Below, in pieces: positions 35,903 through 49,520 of a stretch of DNA of 64,000 bases (positions within the stretch are counted from its first letter, which is position 1; each line of letters opens with the position of its first letter). The stretch lies in the NCBI GenBank assembly GCA_964188305.1, contig OZ076888.1. One strand, 5' to 3'. A program made the position numbers and the translations under genes. The stretch comes from Podarcis bocagei (taxonomy: Eukaryota). The notes under the pieces were generated by a model, which saw only the letters and a program-made list of their open reading frames with translations, was not told where the DNA came from and searched no databases.

Positions 35903-38900
35903 GGATTAGCGCAGGGGTCCGCTAGCCCTGGGAGAGGCGCCGGCTCTCCCACGCTAGCGGAGACCTTGCCGGCACGCAGAAGCTTGGGGCGCGCTGAGCT
36001 CCGCACGCCCCAAGCTCCTGGTGTAGCGCAGCGCACCTGGGGGGGAAATAAAATTTTTTTCCTTCATTTCCCCCCCTAAAATCTAGGTGCGTCTTATGGG
36101 CCGGTGCGTCTTATGGGGCGAAAAATACGGTAAGTGGAGGGGGAAAAACACCTCTTTCCATTTGTAGGTTGTCATAAATAATTATTTCACCCCACACAAT
36201 ATATAAATAACATGAAATTTCTATAAGACAAGATGGATTCTAGTAAATATAAACCTATCAATGAGTATTAGACACAGTACTTAAATGTTATGCTCATGTT
36301 CAAGAAGCAACATACCCTTCAGAATTAAAGTCTAGAACTGAAACAACAGGAGACACCCATTATCATTCTGTTCTGTTCCTGAGCTTTCTAGTTATTATTC
36401 ACCACTGTTGGAAACAGAATGCTGAGCACAACTGAATGGACAGATCCATTTTTAGGTTCTTAATCCAAAAAGTCATCAAAACATTGCCCTTCAAAACACA
36501 CACACACACACAATGGGAACAAAGAAAAAGAAAGGACTTTAAAATATATGATCAGTGCCCGTTAAGAGGTTGGGTATGAGGTAAAGTGTCTAGCATGTCT
36601 TAAGAAGCACTCTCCCAAGTGCTTCAGGCAACTTATACCCTTAATATCCCACATAAGTCCTTGCCAGAATTATGCAAAATAAGCAGCATGGCTTAAGCTC
36701 TTCAACCTATGCATAATTTATAAAGGCGAAATAATTTTATTTTTTTCTTGGCACAATTTAGTTTACCTTGCTGCCTGTTTGATTCAATTTTTGAAACACA
36801 TGAATTTTAAGACCCTACTTTATTCTGCTTTGTCTGAAAATCCATCCTTTCCTTACAGGTAAAAAAATACCTTGCATAGAACAAGGTATCTAATGTTAGT
36901 ATATATCAGTAAAGAACTCATGGCACTTTTAAAAAAATACTTTCAGTAACACTGGCTTCATTGAATAGGGTTGCTGCTGTCCACATATGCCAACTGAATA
37001 TGGTGTTATAGCGGTGAAGGACAAAAATGGATCGAAAAGCAATTGTAAGGAAGGAATAAAGAAGTGGATCAATTACAGTTAGGCAGCAAATGTCTTCAAG
37101 GAATGAACCACCCTGTGTGCTGGTGTATAGCACACTGTCAAACATAGGCTAATAACACAAAACACAATATGCTCAGCAGTTCTAAAACATCAACCACCCT
37201 CAGACTAAGGCTAGGTAGGGTATTATGTAGCCCCAGCAAACCTTGGTACAAAAAAACAACAGTGAAGGATATCTCATGTATCCAGATGACAGCAAGGGCT
37301 TACACCACTCTTGACCTATAGAACCACAATACGTAGGATCACAAGAAAGAACTTGGCGATGCGAAACTTTAGTGAAAATGTACTGTACACAAACCCAAGG
37401 ATAACAGGGTGCTGATAAAAAGTGCTACAGAAAACAAAGAAAAATAGAACATTTGTGAGTTCTGACTTTCTGAAGGAATTCTACAGTATTTATTCATGTC
37501 ATACTTTCTTCCACAAGGCAATTCAACAGTGCATAGATAGGGTTCCCAAGTGCTTTCCCAATCAGGCACTGGCCAGAACCAATCCTACTTTAGCTTCAGC
37601 AAGGCTGTTGCAACATGTGCCCTCAAGCCATGCTAGGATTTGCATTAGGATTCTGGACACAAATGCCAAACAGAAATTTCAACTCTTAAGCTGAAACACA
37701 AGATGCAACACGAAGCACCAGCACTGGTAACCAAGGGAGGGGGAGGGCAGTTTAACACCAAAGTGTTAACATACACCCAGAACAGGGATGGGCCAATGAT
37801 CATCACCAAGATCAAGAAATGTTTATACCCAGGTAAGCCCCCAAGAGAAGCTACTAAAGGAATGCCAAGCACAAACAACCAAGGCCTTGGATTTCAAGCA
37901 CTCTGCGCACTAGCAGTGCTTGATCTAACAACTCTATACTATCCTTTCTTGCATAATAAGCACAACCAGAAAATACACGGCAGAATAATCATGACTAAAG
38001 TAAACTATGACTGCCTACTGTAAACCACTTAGAAGTCTTTTGTTGTAGTAAACTGAAAATAAATGTTAAATAAATAAAAAGTAACTTCAGTGCAATATGC
38101 TCCTCTGGAAAGATGCATACAGTCCCTAATATTAAATTTCCCAACATCTAAACCCCACCTCAATGATGGAGAATAAAAGGTGACCACAATGACAAGAGGA
38201 GCATGTATGGGTCTTTATAAAATAATCTGAAACCAGAGTATAACACAATAAAATGAATTAAAAATCAAGCAATCAATGAACAATAAAACATACATAGTTC
38301 AATAGCTAGGATGCTTCCCTACTTGGTACTACACAAACAGCTAAGATAGCCTGGAGAAGAAGCAATCCTTTGCACACTACTTGAAACCACCAGAAGAACT
38401 GAGAGAGCTGAAGCAGTTAATCCATTTACTTGACACTATTGGAGGTGGTTCAAGCGCAGGAACACCTCTCCTGCGCACCACCGCAGACTTCACACATATC
38501 ATGTGTATGCAACAGTGCCCACAAAGGGATATCTGAGGCACTAACTGCCTTGCTGCAATAGCCACCATAATGGGGTTTAACATCTTCCCAATGAGTAGTC
38601 ATTCCTCATCAGCCATGATGATCTGGCAGGCCCCTCATTCCCGCCTCACCTAGAAGTGCCAACTTCTAGAATGTAGCCAAATAATTATTTTTATTTATAA
38701 TCTACCAACTCATTAAAAATATGGTGGTGTGCAGTTAAATCATTAAAACACCTTAAAATCGTAGGCTCATAAAATACAGAATGAATGGCCAACAGTGAAA
38801 ATACAGGGGGAGGTGGAAAATGAACACAAAGCGAGAGATGACCTGGGAATATGAGCATTCACTGACGCATTCCATCCACAATGGTCACTGAACTGTCAAC

Positions 38901-39399
38901 CACTCCAACTAGTTTCCCCATCCGCTGTGGGACTTCACAGTTGGGGACACCAATAACTGCACTTGGAAACTATGTTATTGGGCAATGAACTCATGAACAA
39001 ACAAAATATTGCACCCAAATTTTGTGGTCCACTTGTATGATTAGTGGAACAGGGCCAACAAGACAAAGCTCAGGAGTTGAGGTTGGGATGTTGCTCTTGC
39101 CCCACTGTCTCAAATAAACTGCCTTTCTGCTACCTCTATCCTTTACCATCTGAAACTGTTGCCAGCAAGAAATCTATTCAGCATACTGCACCTTGTACAA
39201 AAACATTATCAGTGGCACCAGCATCATCTAAGAATGAGCTTATGCAAACCATACCCATATACTCCCAGGAACAGCCTAAATATCCTAGAGTCTCAAGTGT
39301 AATACACAGAAGCTACACCTAATATGCCATTCTACAAGGCATGGATGACTAACTGGCTAGACTGCTGGTGCAGGCAAACTGCCAATGGCATGTAAGAAC

Positions 39400-39880
39400 T
39401 CTGCTAAACTATCTGCACTGGCTGTCCATTTGCTACTGGGACCAGGTTCCAGGCTCTTGTGGTAATATATAAAACCATGAACAACTCGAGTCCAGGATAC
39501 CTTAAGGACCACCTGAGCCCTTATAGCCAAACTCAATCATAAAGATAATCCAGAGGAGCAATTAGTTGTTCCCTGAGTTACAGAGGTCCAACTGGCTTCA
39601 ACCAGAGGTTGGGCATTTAGTGTTGCCAGGCCCATGCTGTAGAATATTCTTCCACCACAGATTCATGAGGTATCCACGCTAATGACTTTCGGGTGTCTCA
39701 TGAAGAACTTTTTATGCTGACAGGTTTATGAAGTTATTTAAACTTTCCTAATTAGCCAGTCATTTTAACAATTACTATTGGGGGGGTTAGTTTTCATGGC
39801 ATGTTATGTTTTATTGTATATACTGTTGTACATCACCTTGATATTTTATGAGTTGGCAGTATATAAATATTTCTATAAAT
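39400..39880 (+). mobile_element. Old L2 LINE 3' fragment
   Basis: ctgcactggctgtcc (LHWL), ccaggataccttaaggacc (PGYLKD) and gggcatttagtgttgcc (RAFSVA) motifs occur in the expected order. Confidence 0.6.
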
Positions 39881-40189
39881 AAAAATGATAAAAGCAATGC
39901 AAAGCAACACCATTATTGCACAACATAGCCATCTGCAATGCAGATACTTTGGTTACAATCTTAACACCCTATCACTGATCTATGACAGAATCTCTGTGAA
40001 ACAGGCATCATCATTGCCTCTTGTCTAAGAGAAGGGAAGAGTACAAAAAAGGTTCCACATATGCAATAAGGAAACTTCTGCTAAGCTTGGACACTTGTGG
40101 ATCAAAATGAGCACTCCACACAGATCCCTATCCAGCTTCTTAAAAATGACATGGGACTGATCTACTTCCCTCAGTGGACTCAGGCATAA

Positions 40190-40925
40190 CTGCACAAAGG
40201 GTCATGGAGTACAGACCACAAGTTCATGCATGCCATCAAAGTTTCTTAACACCTACCAAAATAGCTAAAATGTATAAGACAAAAACAAATCTGTGCTGGA
40301 GGTGTGGTAAAACAGAGGGGACACTTATACATGTGTGGTGGACCTGTGAAAAAAATCAAAAGCTTCTGGAACACAGTGTATGATAAGCGTAACAAAATGT
40401 TTATGAAAAATACAGAAGATTTTCTACTAGGGATAACGGACACAGGCATAGCAAGAGATGATCAGAAAATATTCCTTGATGCCACAGGAGTGGCAAGGTT
40501 CCTAATTGCTAAAAACTGGAAAAAAGAAACTGTGCCAACAAAAAAGGAATGGCAAGTTAAACTTAGAATATATTGAACTGGCTAGATTAACAGAGGCAAT
40601 TAGAGATCACACTAGACAAGTTTCAAAAAGCATGGGGGGGGGGGAATGCAGAGAATACTTCACAAAACAGTGCCCTAAAATACATACCTGGACTTGTTTC
40701 GATTAATGTCTGCAGGAGACTTGGTGGATATTTAAGTTATAATTAGAAAAATCTTTATAATTATTCATAAAGGACACAATTTATAAGAAGTAAATAAGGA
40801 GGTCAGATACAGGATAAAGAAAGTCTTTTATTTGGTTGTTTGTATTGTTGTATGTTATGTTCACTGTGGGGTGGGGGTGGGGGGGGTTGTGTTATGTTGT
40901 AAATAAAATTCCAATTTAAAAAAAC
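40190..40925 (+). mobile_element. L1-clade LINE 3' fragment (ORF2 C-terminal cysteine-rich region and 3' tail)
   Basis: Translates to LTPTKIAKMY...LCWRCGKTEGTLIHVWWTC, then frameshifted FWNTV and ARFLIAKNWK; AATAAA and an A-tract near 40902-40924. Confidence 0.8.
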
Positions 40926-41049
40926 CAAGTTTCCCCATAAAATATGTAAAAGGAATATAGATAATAAAAAGGAATTAAGGCCAAATAGAAATTTTTGAGA
41001 GTTTTGATATTTTGTATCTGACAAAGAGAAAGAATGATACCTTGATGTT

Positions 41050-42258
41050 AGTATTTATTGATTTATCCCCTGCCTTTTTCTCTGACGGAACTCAAGGCAG
41101 CTTACAGATAAAAGTAAGAACTGCTAAAAACATAACAATCATTAAAAAAATGAAACATCAATAGAATTAAAACTATATACATATATAGAATCTGTTAAAA
41201 TCATATCAATAATTACAACACAGCATCAGCTCTTTCATTAAAACAGTCAGTTCACAAAAACATGTTGAAGCAAGGAACTCTTCACCTGCAGGCAGAAATA
41301 CAACAAGGAGCGAGCCAATGTAGCTTCTCTAAGGAGGGAATTCCAAACTCTGGGAACAGCCACTGAGAAGGCTCCCTACCAAGCGCACCTGTGAGGCTGG
41401 CAGAACTGAGAGAAGAGCCTCCTCTGAAGTTCTCATATGAACCCAGGAAGGTTCATATGAGGGAATACGGTCTTTCAGATAGCTTGGACCTAGGCCCTGT
41501 AGGGCTTTATAGGTTGTAACCAGCACTTTGAATTGTGCCTGGAAACAGACTGGTAGCCAGCAAAGCTGTTATAGCAAGGGAGACATATGCTTCCTATAAC
41601 CAACCCTGGGCCCCAATCTGGCTGCAGCTCTTTGAGCCAGTTGAAGTTTCTGAGCACTTTGCAAAGTGTAGAGTGTGTTACAGGAATCCAAATGGGATGT
41701 AACTAAGGAGTATGTCACTGTGGCCAGTGATCAAGGGGTACAGTTGGCACACAATCTTTAACTGTGCAAATGCACTTCTTGCCCCCACAGAGACATGGGC
41801 ATCCAGGCCCAGGGCTAAGTTCAAGAGCACACCCAAACTGCAAACCTGTGTCTTCAAGGAAGTGTTACCCCCATTCAGCACAGCCTGAATCCCTATTCCC
41901 TGTTCTGCCTTCTGAATGACCACTACTGTCTTCAGTTTCAATTTGTTCACTGTTACCCAGTCCATTACTGATGACAGGCACCATTTGAGAACCAAGGCAG
42001 CTTTCTTGGATTTAGATGGAAAGGAGAAATAGACCTGGGTGTCGTCAGCATACTAGTGACACCGAGCCCCCAAACTCTAGAAACCTCTCCCAGCAGTTTC
42101 ATGTAAATGTTAAATAACAGGATAGAACCCTGAGGAACCCCGCAGGTCAACAGCCAAGACATCAAACAGAAGTCCCCCAGCACCACCTTCTGTGTTTGTC
42201 CCTCCAGGAAGGGACCCGCTGTTAAAGAGTTCCTCCAAGTCCCATCCCAGCAAGGCAG
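41050..42258 (-). mobile_element. Degenerate L2 LINE (reverse transcriptase to 3' end)
   Basis: ORF pieces LTCGVPQGSILLFNIYMK, WVTVNKLKL, SLGVLL and VTTYKALQGLGPSYLKDR. Confidence 0.85.
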
Positions 42259-42260
42259 AT

Positions 42261-42980
42261 CTTTTTTTTTTTTTAATTATATTTTATTGTTAAAATAATA
42301 CACATATATTACAAATATACAAGCATATATTTCATACAATCCTTAAAAGCGTTCAAACATACCTACACTCATTCCCACAGATAATTCCTTTTCCCATCAC
42401 CATCCACTACCCCTCACCCCACCTTTGTGTTAGACTTCCAATCTACTCAGTTGCAATTTCTTCCCACTTCTATTACTTTCTTTCACACACCTTTAACCTA
42501 ATTTCATATTTCTTTTTCTATTACACATTGTTATCTACCATATTTCAGTATTTGAAACGGAACTTGTTTATTCTAATAGGAGTTCTGATTTTTCGATATG
42601 GTTTTGCAAGTATCTTTTAAACACCTTCCAATCCCTGTCTATCTTCTCTTTTGAGATCTTCCCAATTTCTCCCATTGTTTAGGATATATTGTAGTACTCC
42701 AATAATTTGGCAAGCCACTCTATTTTTGTCGGTACAATACCACTTTTCCAATTTTTCGCAATCAATAGCCTTGCGGCTACTGTTGCTTATAAATATAAGG
42801 TCTTGTCTTCTTCCTTTAGGCTTCCTGGTACTATTCCCAATAGAAAACCTTCTGGTGTTTTCCTAAATGAATATCTGAACATTTTTTTCATTTCGTTATG
42901 TAGTGTTTCCCAAAACTGTTTGATGTTTAAACAATTCCACCATATATGTATCATAGTACCTTTTCCAGTGTTGCATCGCT
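42261..42980 (-). mobile_element. L1-clade LINE 3' fragment with poly(A) tail
   Basis: Poly-T at 42261; the minus strand encodes a degenerate RCNTGKGTMIHIWWNC and FWE segment paralleling 40190-40925. Confidence 0.7.
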
Positions 42981-43759
42981 AATCTGTCTCCTCCACTCAA
43001 ACTGAGGTGCCATCACACACTCTAGAACCTTGCCCAAAAATGGGATAAAGCAGATTGGAAAAGTTTTCTTTTTGAAAAACAAAAGTCATATTATATTTAA
43101 TGTTACATTTACACTGACAGTTTACCTTAAAATAAGTGTTCTGTGCTCATCTAAAATACAAAACTAATTATAGAGCTCCTACCAAATATATTTCTATTTT
43201 TAAAACTCTTTTATGTATATTCTGGGGGGGGAAACACCTTTCTTATCAGGACATTCATCCCTCCAGATTTTCCTCAAATGTCTTATTATCTAACAGTGAT
43301 ATCCAATGCAGTGCTCACACAAGAGGGCTTCTCCTTTCTCTCCTCCCCCTGCAACCTCTTATAAACCTCCAATCTGTTTCAGAGGATTGAGACACTCTCC
43401 AGAGCAAATACTGGGGGCACACAGAGGCAGTAGGGGGAGAAAAGAAATCAGAAATCCTATTCTGCAAGCAGATGAATATATTGGATGTTGTCCTAAAGTT
43501 ATGCTTGTTAGAGCTTTTGTCTCTAAGTGCCTTGTTGAATTGTCTCTCCATCACCTGAGAGAAAATACATTTAACAAAGCTCAAAAGAGAATTGCAATCA
43601 TAACTTAGGATGGCAACTGCATAGTAACACTAGCCATGTAACATATCAACCCAGCTTAAATTTATTTTATCTAGCATTCATTTTTCACAGGACAAAAACA
43701 ATCTGCAACTTTAGAACTGAGCTAACAGGCAAAATGTTCAATACCATCAGCATGACTGA

Positions 43760-44107
43760 GTAAAGATAAAGGTAAAGGGACCCCTGACTGTTAGGTTCAG
43801 TTGCGGATGACTCTGGGGTTGCGGCGCTCATCTTGCTTTACTGGCCGAGGGAACCGGCGTACAGCTTCCGGGTCATGTGGCCAGCATGACTAAGCCGCTT
43901 CTGGCAAACCAGAGCAGCACACGGAAACACCGTTTACCTTCCCACCAGAGCGGTAACTATTTATCTAATTGCACATGCTTTTGAACTGCTAGGTTGGCAG
44001 GAGCAGGGACCGAGCAACGGGAGCTCACCCCATCGCGGGGATTCGAGCTGCTGACCTTCTGATCGGCAAGCCCTAGGCTTTGTGGTTTACACCACAGCGC
44101 CACCCAC
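43760..44107 (-). mobile_element. Sauria SINE (Squam1)
   Basis: Colinear with 29123-29475 along its length, including the ACCTTT tail. Confidence 0.9.
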
Positions 44108-44280
44108 AGGGACACTGCAAATTCATATCCATCGTCCTGAAAACAGATTAATATTCACTGCATAAGGACATAAATCAGGGGTCTCCAAACTTTATGAGCC
44201 CCAAGACCATTTCACAGAAGAACAGGCAATGGCCAGGACCCTCCAAAAACAGGCCAAACACACCTACATGGACACAGAAA

Positions 44281-44305
44281 CACACACACACACACACACA
44301 CACAC
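44281..44305. repeat. (CA)n microsatellite
   Basis: Direct reading. Confidence 0.9.
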
Positions 44306-45471
44306 CAAAACAAACAAAATGCAGGCCAAAGAAAAAGCAGGCAACTTTCCCCCAAACAAAACAATTATCAGTTTTTTTAAAATTAAATATTAGGCAGGGC
44401 AGCGGGTCTTGGCAGGCACCAAGGAAGTGTCTGAGGGCACCACAGTCCGCACACTTTGGACCCTAGGCTTAAGGATATGTACCCTACATGCATCAGCTCA
44501 AGCGCCGCCTAATCCTATAATAGCCATATATGGATTCAGAATGGAAACAAGAATGAATTAGGTAGAGAACTTGCAGTGAGGTGAGAAGGGCCATAAGCAT
44601 AGTGCTGTTCCTACACTTAAAATTAGGGTCACTATCATCTGCTTTCCAAGCAGTCCACATTCTGATCTGCCTAGATTACAAAATACTTTCTTCTCCTCGC
44701 TTTAATAATGATACAAAAAAGGACAGTGGTGGTGTGTACAGCGTGAAGATATTTCCAAAAACAGCAAGGCACTTGTCGCTCCTCTAGACACTGGACTCCG
44801 CAAGTAACTGCAGTATCTCCTGAGTTTACTGACAAAGGTGCATAGCTTATTTAAAGATTAGTAGAAACGCTTCTGAATGTAGTACACAGTCCACTATGCC
44901 AAGAAAAGAAGGTGCAAAGCTAATAATATCTATTGGTAATTGTGGATTAATGTGTGCGGAGAATGAAACAGCTGCCATCAGACTGAACTCTACCCGCATG
45001 CTAGATACTTATACAAGAACCACAACCAAGCAATGAAGTTAGATTCTGGCAGATATAGCTTTCTGTTGTTCTTATGGCACAACTTCATTGCAGTGAAGCA
45101 ATAGATCTCCACAGAGTGCACATAGGAAAAATGACTCTATATTGCAATCACAGACAAAGTGACATGCTAGGTAGCTCCTATAGACTGAACCTCACAGTTG
45201 GCAACCACTGAAGGAATTGAGTACCATTTGCCTTCACATACAACATAGAATTTAAGCACCCCTTGACAATACAGATTCCTCTAAATAGGAAATGAGTAAA
45301 AGAAAAAGACCTCCACTGCCCAATTTTCTTTTTCTTTTTCCTTTGTTCGATGTCCTTTTACTTTAAGGAAGCAAGTGTAGGTTCCTCTACCCATTACTAT
45401 TTTGCCAAACTAAAGCCAGATAAAAACCCAAATCCTTTTTTTAAAAAGACTGAGCATATTTGCATTGTTAC

Positions 45472-45551
45472 CTTCACTTTCTCTCGTCTCAAACAGCAGA
45501 AAAGACAATTTTCATCAAAAGACCAATCAGAAACACCTTCAGGCTCAAAGT
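45472..45551 (-). CDS. LCOR: LCOR upstream coding exon, 80 nt: (D)[26 protein letters not shown]
   Basis: Acceptor cttcttcacag|AC and donor AAG|gtaaca; phase 1 to phase 0; open frame. Resembles LCORL DCEPEELTDWSMDEKCSFC. Confidence 0.88.
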
Positions 45552-45961
45552 CTGTGAAGAAGAAGAAGCCGTTACTTCATATCTATAAAGACCACAACTT
45601 GCTTATGGCTAAAGCTCATTCCCAATTCACTACATGATTTAGAAGACACTTGGTGAAATTCAGAAAACATAAATTTGAATTTTGTCATGCTTTTAATTCC
45701 ACAATGTTACAAAAGTATAATATTTGCCTACACACAAAGCTGATTTTCCTAAGCAACACCAAAACCACTGCCAGTTATACAGAGATGAAGGCATGCTCAT
45801 TAGTAATTTTAGCCAATATGAAACTAACTGTGAGCATTGCCTGGGGGGAGGGAAAAAGCACAAATCACCAAGGTAACATACATTTTCTAGAGGCAGAGCA
45901 GAGGTTGATTTTGTCATTAGAAATGCAGATCAAGGCAAAAAAGGGGGGGGAGATGTAATAC

Positions 45962-46027
45962 CTTTAAACAAACTCAGATCTTTTAATAATTCAGGTCCAA
46001 ACAGCCCTTCTAGAATACTTTCAAATC
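45962..46027 (-). CDS. LCOR: LCOR upstream coding exon, 66 nt: (G)[21 protein letters not shown](D)
   Basis: Acceptor tctttgcttttag|GA and donor AAAG|gtatta; phase 1 to phase 1; no stop. Peptide matches the recalled LCORL N-terminal segment [22 protein letters not shown]. Confidence 0.88.
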
Positions 46028-47845
46028 CTAAAAGCAAAGAAAGAATAGTTAGCTCTCTATAATATATGTTACTGTCAGAATATTGAAAATGGTTCTTTAT
46101 TCATCCGTTCCTAGCATTCTTTTATGCAATGAACTCAAGGCCTCCTGGTCAATCATGACAAATAAACTGGGGGAGGAGAAATGAGCCTTTATGTATATTA
46201 TCTTTAACAGTTACACTAAATAACTATATTAATAATTAAGAAGTATATGGTAGAAAAAATGGAAATGATTGTGTATCAATGCAATTAATTTTTCCACAAA
46301 AATCTACCACTCTTTTTAGGTTATAAAAAATATGTATTTTTGCCTCATCTTATAGATCACATTTTTAAGCAAAGATTTTGAACTTGAAGCCTTAGAATTT
46401 CTTAGAAAAAGGAAAGCCACTAAGGTGCAAAGGAAACAGCAAAATACAGTGTGCATGCATTGTGTATGAGCTTGTTTATTACAGAGAAAATTTTCTATGC
46501 CTTTTTAAAGAGTGCAGAGTGTTTGTGTTCTAAAAGGTTCTACCACCACCACCCAATTATTGCCACTATTTGTAAATGTAAATTCAGTGTTAATCTAAAT
46601 CATGGCTTGCAGCTAAAGAGATAGCCAAACTAGCTACCCGTTACCCATACCATAAGGAAAGGGGCACATTCTAGAAAATATACCAGGGACATTTTAGGAG
46701 ACATTTGTTAATTCTGCCAGAGTTTGCTCTGAAAAATAAGACACATTTTTGGGATTTTATAGTACAATCTCCACATATACTTAACAGTATTGTACTTGTA
46801 TAATTTCTACTTTTCCTACAATATTTGAAGTCAAGAAAGAAAATGATTTTTTTTCAAGAAAGCCTTGGAAAAAAGCAATGCAACAGCTATTTTTGTAGCC
46901 ACAATAGAGTGCAATATAGGGCAATTGCTTTAGAGATGCATGACTCTCTCTCTCTCTCCAACAAGCTTCACAACCCAGTGGTTGTACTTTCATTTATAAA
47001 GTATACACAAGAACCATATTGCAAATTTGGATGTGTTACAGTCATTAGCTATCAGATGTAAAACTTAAAACATACTTCTATCGTTTAACGTTAGTAAGAG
47101 GTTAAAATTGCTACTGTGGATTGAAACTGCTAACAGAAACATCTCTTGATCAATGTTGATCAGCTAACAACAAATCTACCAGGGTGAAGCACAAACACAG
47201 AAGAGACAAAAATACAGAGAAAAGAAGGAGGGAGTGTAATAAATATACATGTGTGTAATGCAATGAGCACACAATAAGCCAAAATACAATGGATGCAGCT
47301 GGACATCATTATCTTACAGTTACTCTGCTAACTTTTAAAAGTTACAAAGCAAAACTGACAGAAATATAAGTCACAGTCAAGTCTGGGGAAACATCATTAC
47401 TAAGAAAAAGTTAAAATTCTAAAATACAATTCTAAAAGACTTATGCACATGTTTGCAACAGAGAACCGTTTGCTTTATTATTATAAAAAATAAAAGCCAG
47501 AGAAGAATCTGTGAAATGCAGAAATGGCAAGCAGAGAAACGTCCCTTCCTGCAAATGGCAACTAATTATTTATTTTTAAAGAAAAAAGTGTTGGGGCACT
47601 CTTGCACATATGCATGTAACATGTAGATGTTATATAAATATTTGTAACTCAATAAACAAACAAGTCATGGCCTGTTTCTCCACCTGCTCTTGCCTCATGC
47701 CTTTGTAACTTGGTGAGTGAGGTGGGGTGGCAAAACAAAGCATTGTTAAGTGAGGCTATAGAGTATGGACATAATATGAAAGCATAGCCCGAAAAGAAAC
47801 CATGGTTAGTCTCTTGGGTTGGGTCTGCAAGTTCAGCAAACCATA

Positions 47846-48209
47846 AAGGTAAAGGTAAAGGACCCCTGACAGTTAAGTCCAGTCGCGAACAACTCTGGGG
47901 TTGCGGCGCTCAACTCACTTTACTGGCCGAGGGAGCTGACGCTTGTCCGCAGACAGTTTTTCCTGGTCATGTGGCTAGCATGACTAAACCGCTTCTGGCG
48001 AAACCAGAGCAGTGCATGGAAATGCCATTTACCTTCCCGCCGGAACGGTACCTATTTATCTACTTGCACTTTGACGTGCTTTCGAACTGCTAGGTTGGCA
48101 GGAGCTGGGACCAAGCAATGAGCGTTCACCCATCGCGGGGATTTGAACTGCCGACCTTCCAATCAGCAAGCCCTAGGCTCAGTGGTTTAGACCACAGCGC
48201 CATCCATGT
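47846..48209 (-). mobile_element. Sauria SINE (Squam1), variant with a short internal insertion
   Basis: Colinear with the other two copies; TSD cagcaaaccata / caacaaaccata. Confidence 0.9.
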
Positions 48210-48299
48210 CAACAAACCATACCTAGGCTAAACAAAGCATTGCTTTACATTATATGCAAAGCAGGCCAAATATTATTAAGTTCTACTTATACACGCATG

Positions 48300-49520
48300 T
48301 AATTTTGTTCCTGTTCATTATTCCATGGTGACGTCCTATGTTACTCTAAAGTATAAAATACTTCCACTATTCAATAAAATCATTTTTGTTTATTTTCCTG
48401 CCTCAATCAACGGTTTTGTTAGCTTTGCCAATAGCCTGCTTTCCAAAGCTTGCAATACCATTGTTCTAGCAAGATTTACTTATGTCTTCCAGTTTCTCAC
48501 AATGATATACAACTTGCTGGTGAGATAAACAGTAGCATTTCTTTGTATCGCATAGTTTTGTTCTGCCCTTCAAATCACATGGTAGTTTGGGCATACATCT
48601 ATGCATTGCCCTAATATTTTTACACACAGGGAAAAAAATGCCAGAAATTGTTTTTCAAATTGCCAGAAATTGTTTTTTTCCATCACATGTGTTAGAACAT
48701 TGCCACTTCTAGGCATCCTCTGTAACACTGAGGGCTTGGCAAACTGTATATGTGGCGTATTTCTAATGGTGTTAAATATCATCTGTGATTTTGACTGCAT
48801 TCTAATCTTCGTTGACACAGATTTAAAGGGTCTTTTAGTCCATAGATTCCCATTGTTCTCCTTGTAGTTCATCCCCCATGTCTTTTCTCCCTATAGCCAC
48901 TATACCTTCTGTTGTGTCGTAGATTATTTTACTATTCTTCTATATATGAAACCATCCCTATATACTTAGTAGTTGTTAATATTCTATTACAAGTCTGATT
49001 GCATCTGCTCTTACTTTAATGTCAGAGGTAAAACTAATTTGTAGTCAGCTACTTTATATTTTACAATTGTTATTTAAATGGCTATCCTGGTTTTTTGTTT
49101 GTTCAGGTATATTAGTTTCCTAACCTGTATAGGTCCTTAACCTCTCTATCTTCATATTGCTGATTCTTTTCCTGATAGAATAGCAGGCAATATAAAAATG
49201 GGATAAGCTGAAATATACCCAGGGATATTTTTTAAAACCATTCCCTTCCCCATAATTGTAATGTTAACAGGATAAATGGATAATGTATTCTGCTGATGTT
49301 ATTTTATCCGTTATCTGGGATATCTATTGTTTTCCTACATCTCTTTCTGTACCATTGCTATCAGAAGCTTTAGTTGGTATGCTGTATCAGACCATCGAAA
49401 ATTAGATATTCCTATATCACTTTATGTTTGTTTTTCTTCTAAATCCATGCACTCCCCTCCCCTCGAAAATGTATACATGAAATCCGCAGCTTTTGCTAGG
49501 TTTTTAATTTCTCAAGAATA
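48300..49520 (-). mobile_element. Highly degenerate L1-clade ORF2 5' part (endonuclease onward)
   Basis: Minus strand shows remnants of YTF, a DIGISNFRWSD (SDH-type) motif near 49385-49420 and a GPDG-like remnant near 48330; A-rich coding strand. Confidence 0.45.

Larger units (their letters stand above)
34671..36130. mobile_element. Tc1/mariner-type MITE, family B, with 119-bp and 148-bp palindromic arrays
   Basis: TA TSD; perfect 27-bp TIR CCGTATTTTTCGCCCCATAAGACGCAC; extra subterminal GTGCGTCTTATGGG copies near 34731 and 36087. Confidence 0.9.

Noticed and set aside
48635-48680. Direct duplication of about 22 bp (tgccagaaattgtttttc)
   Set aside because: Local slippage inside a decayed L1 fragment; no sign of function.
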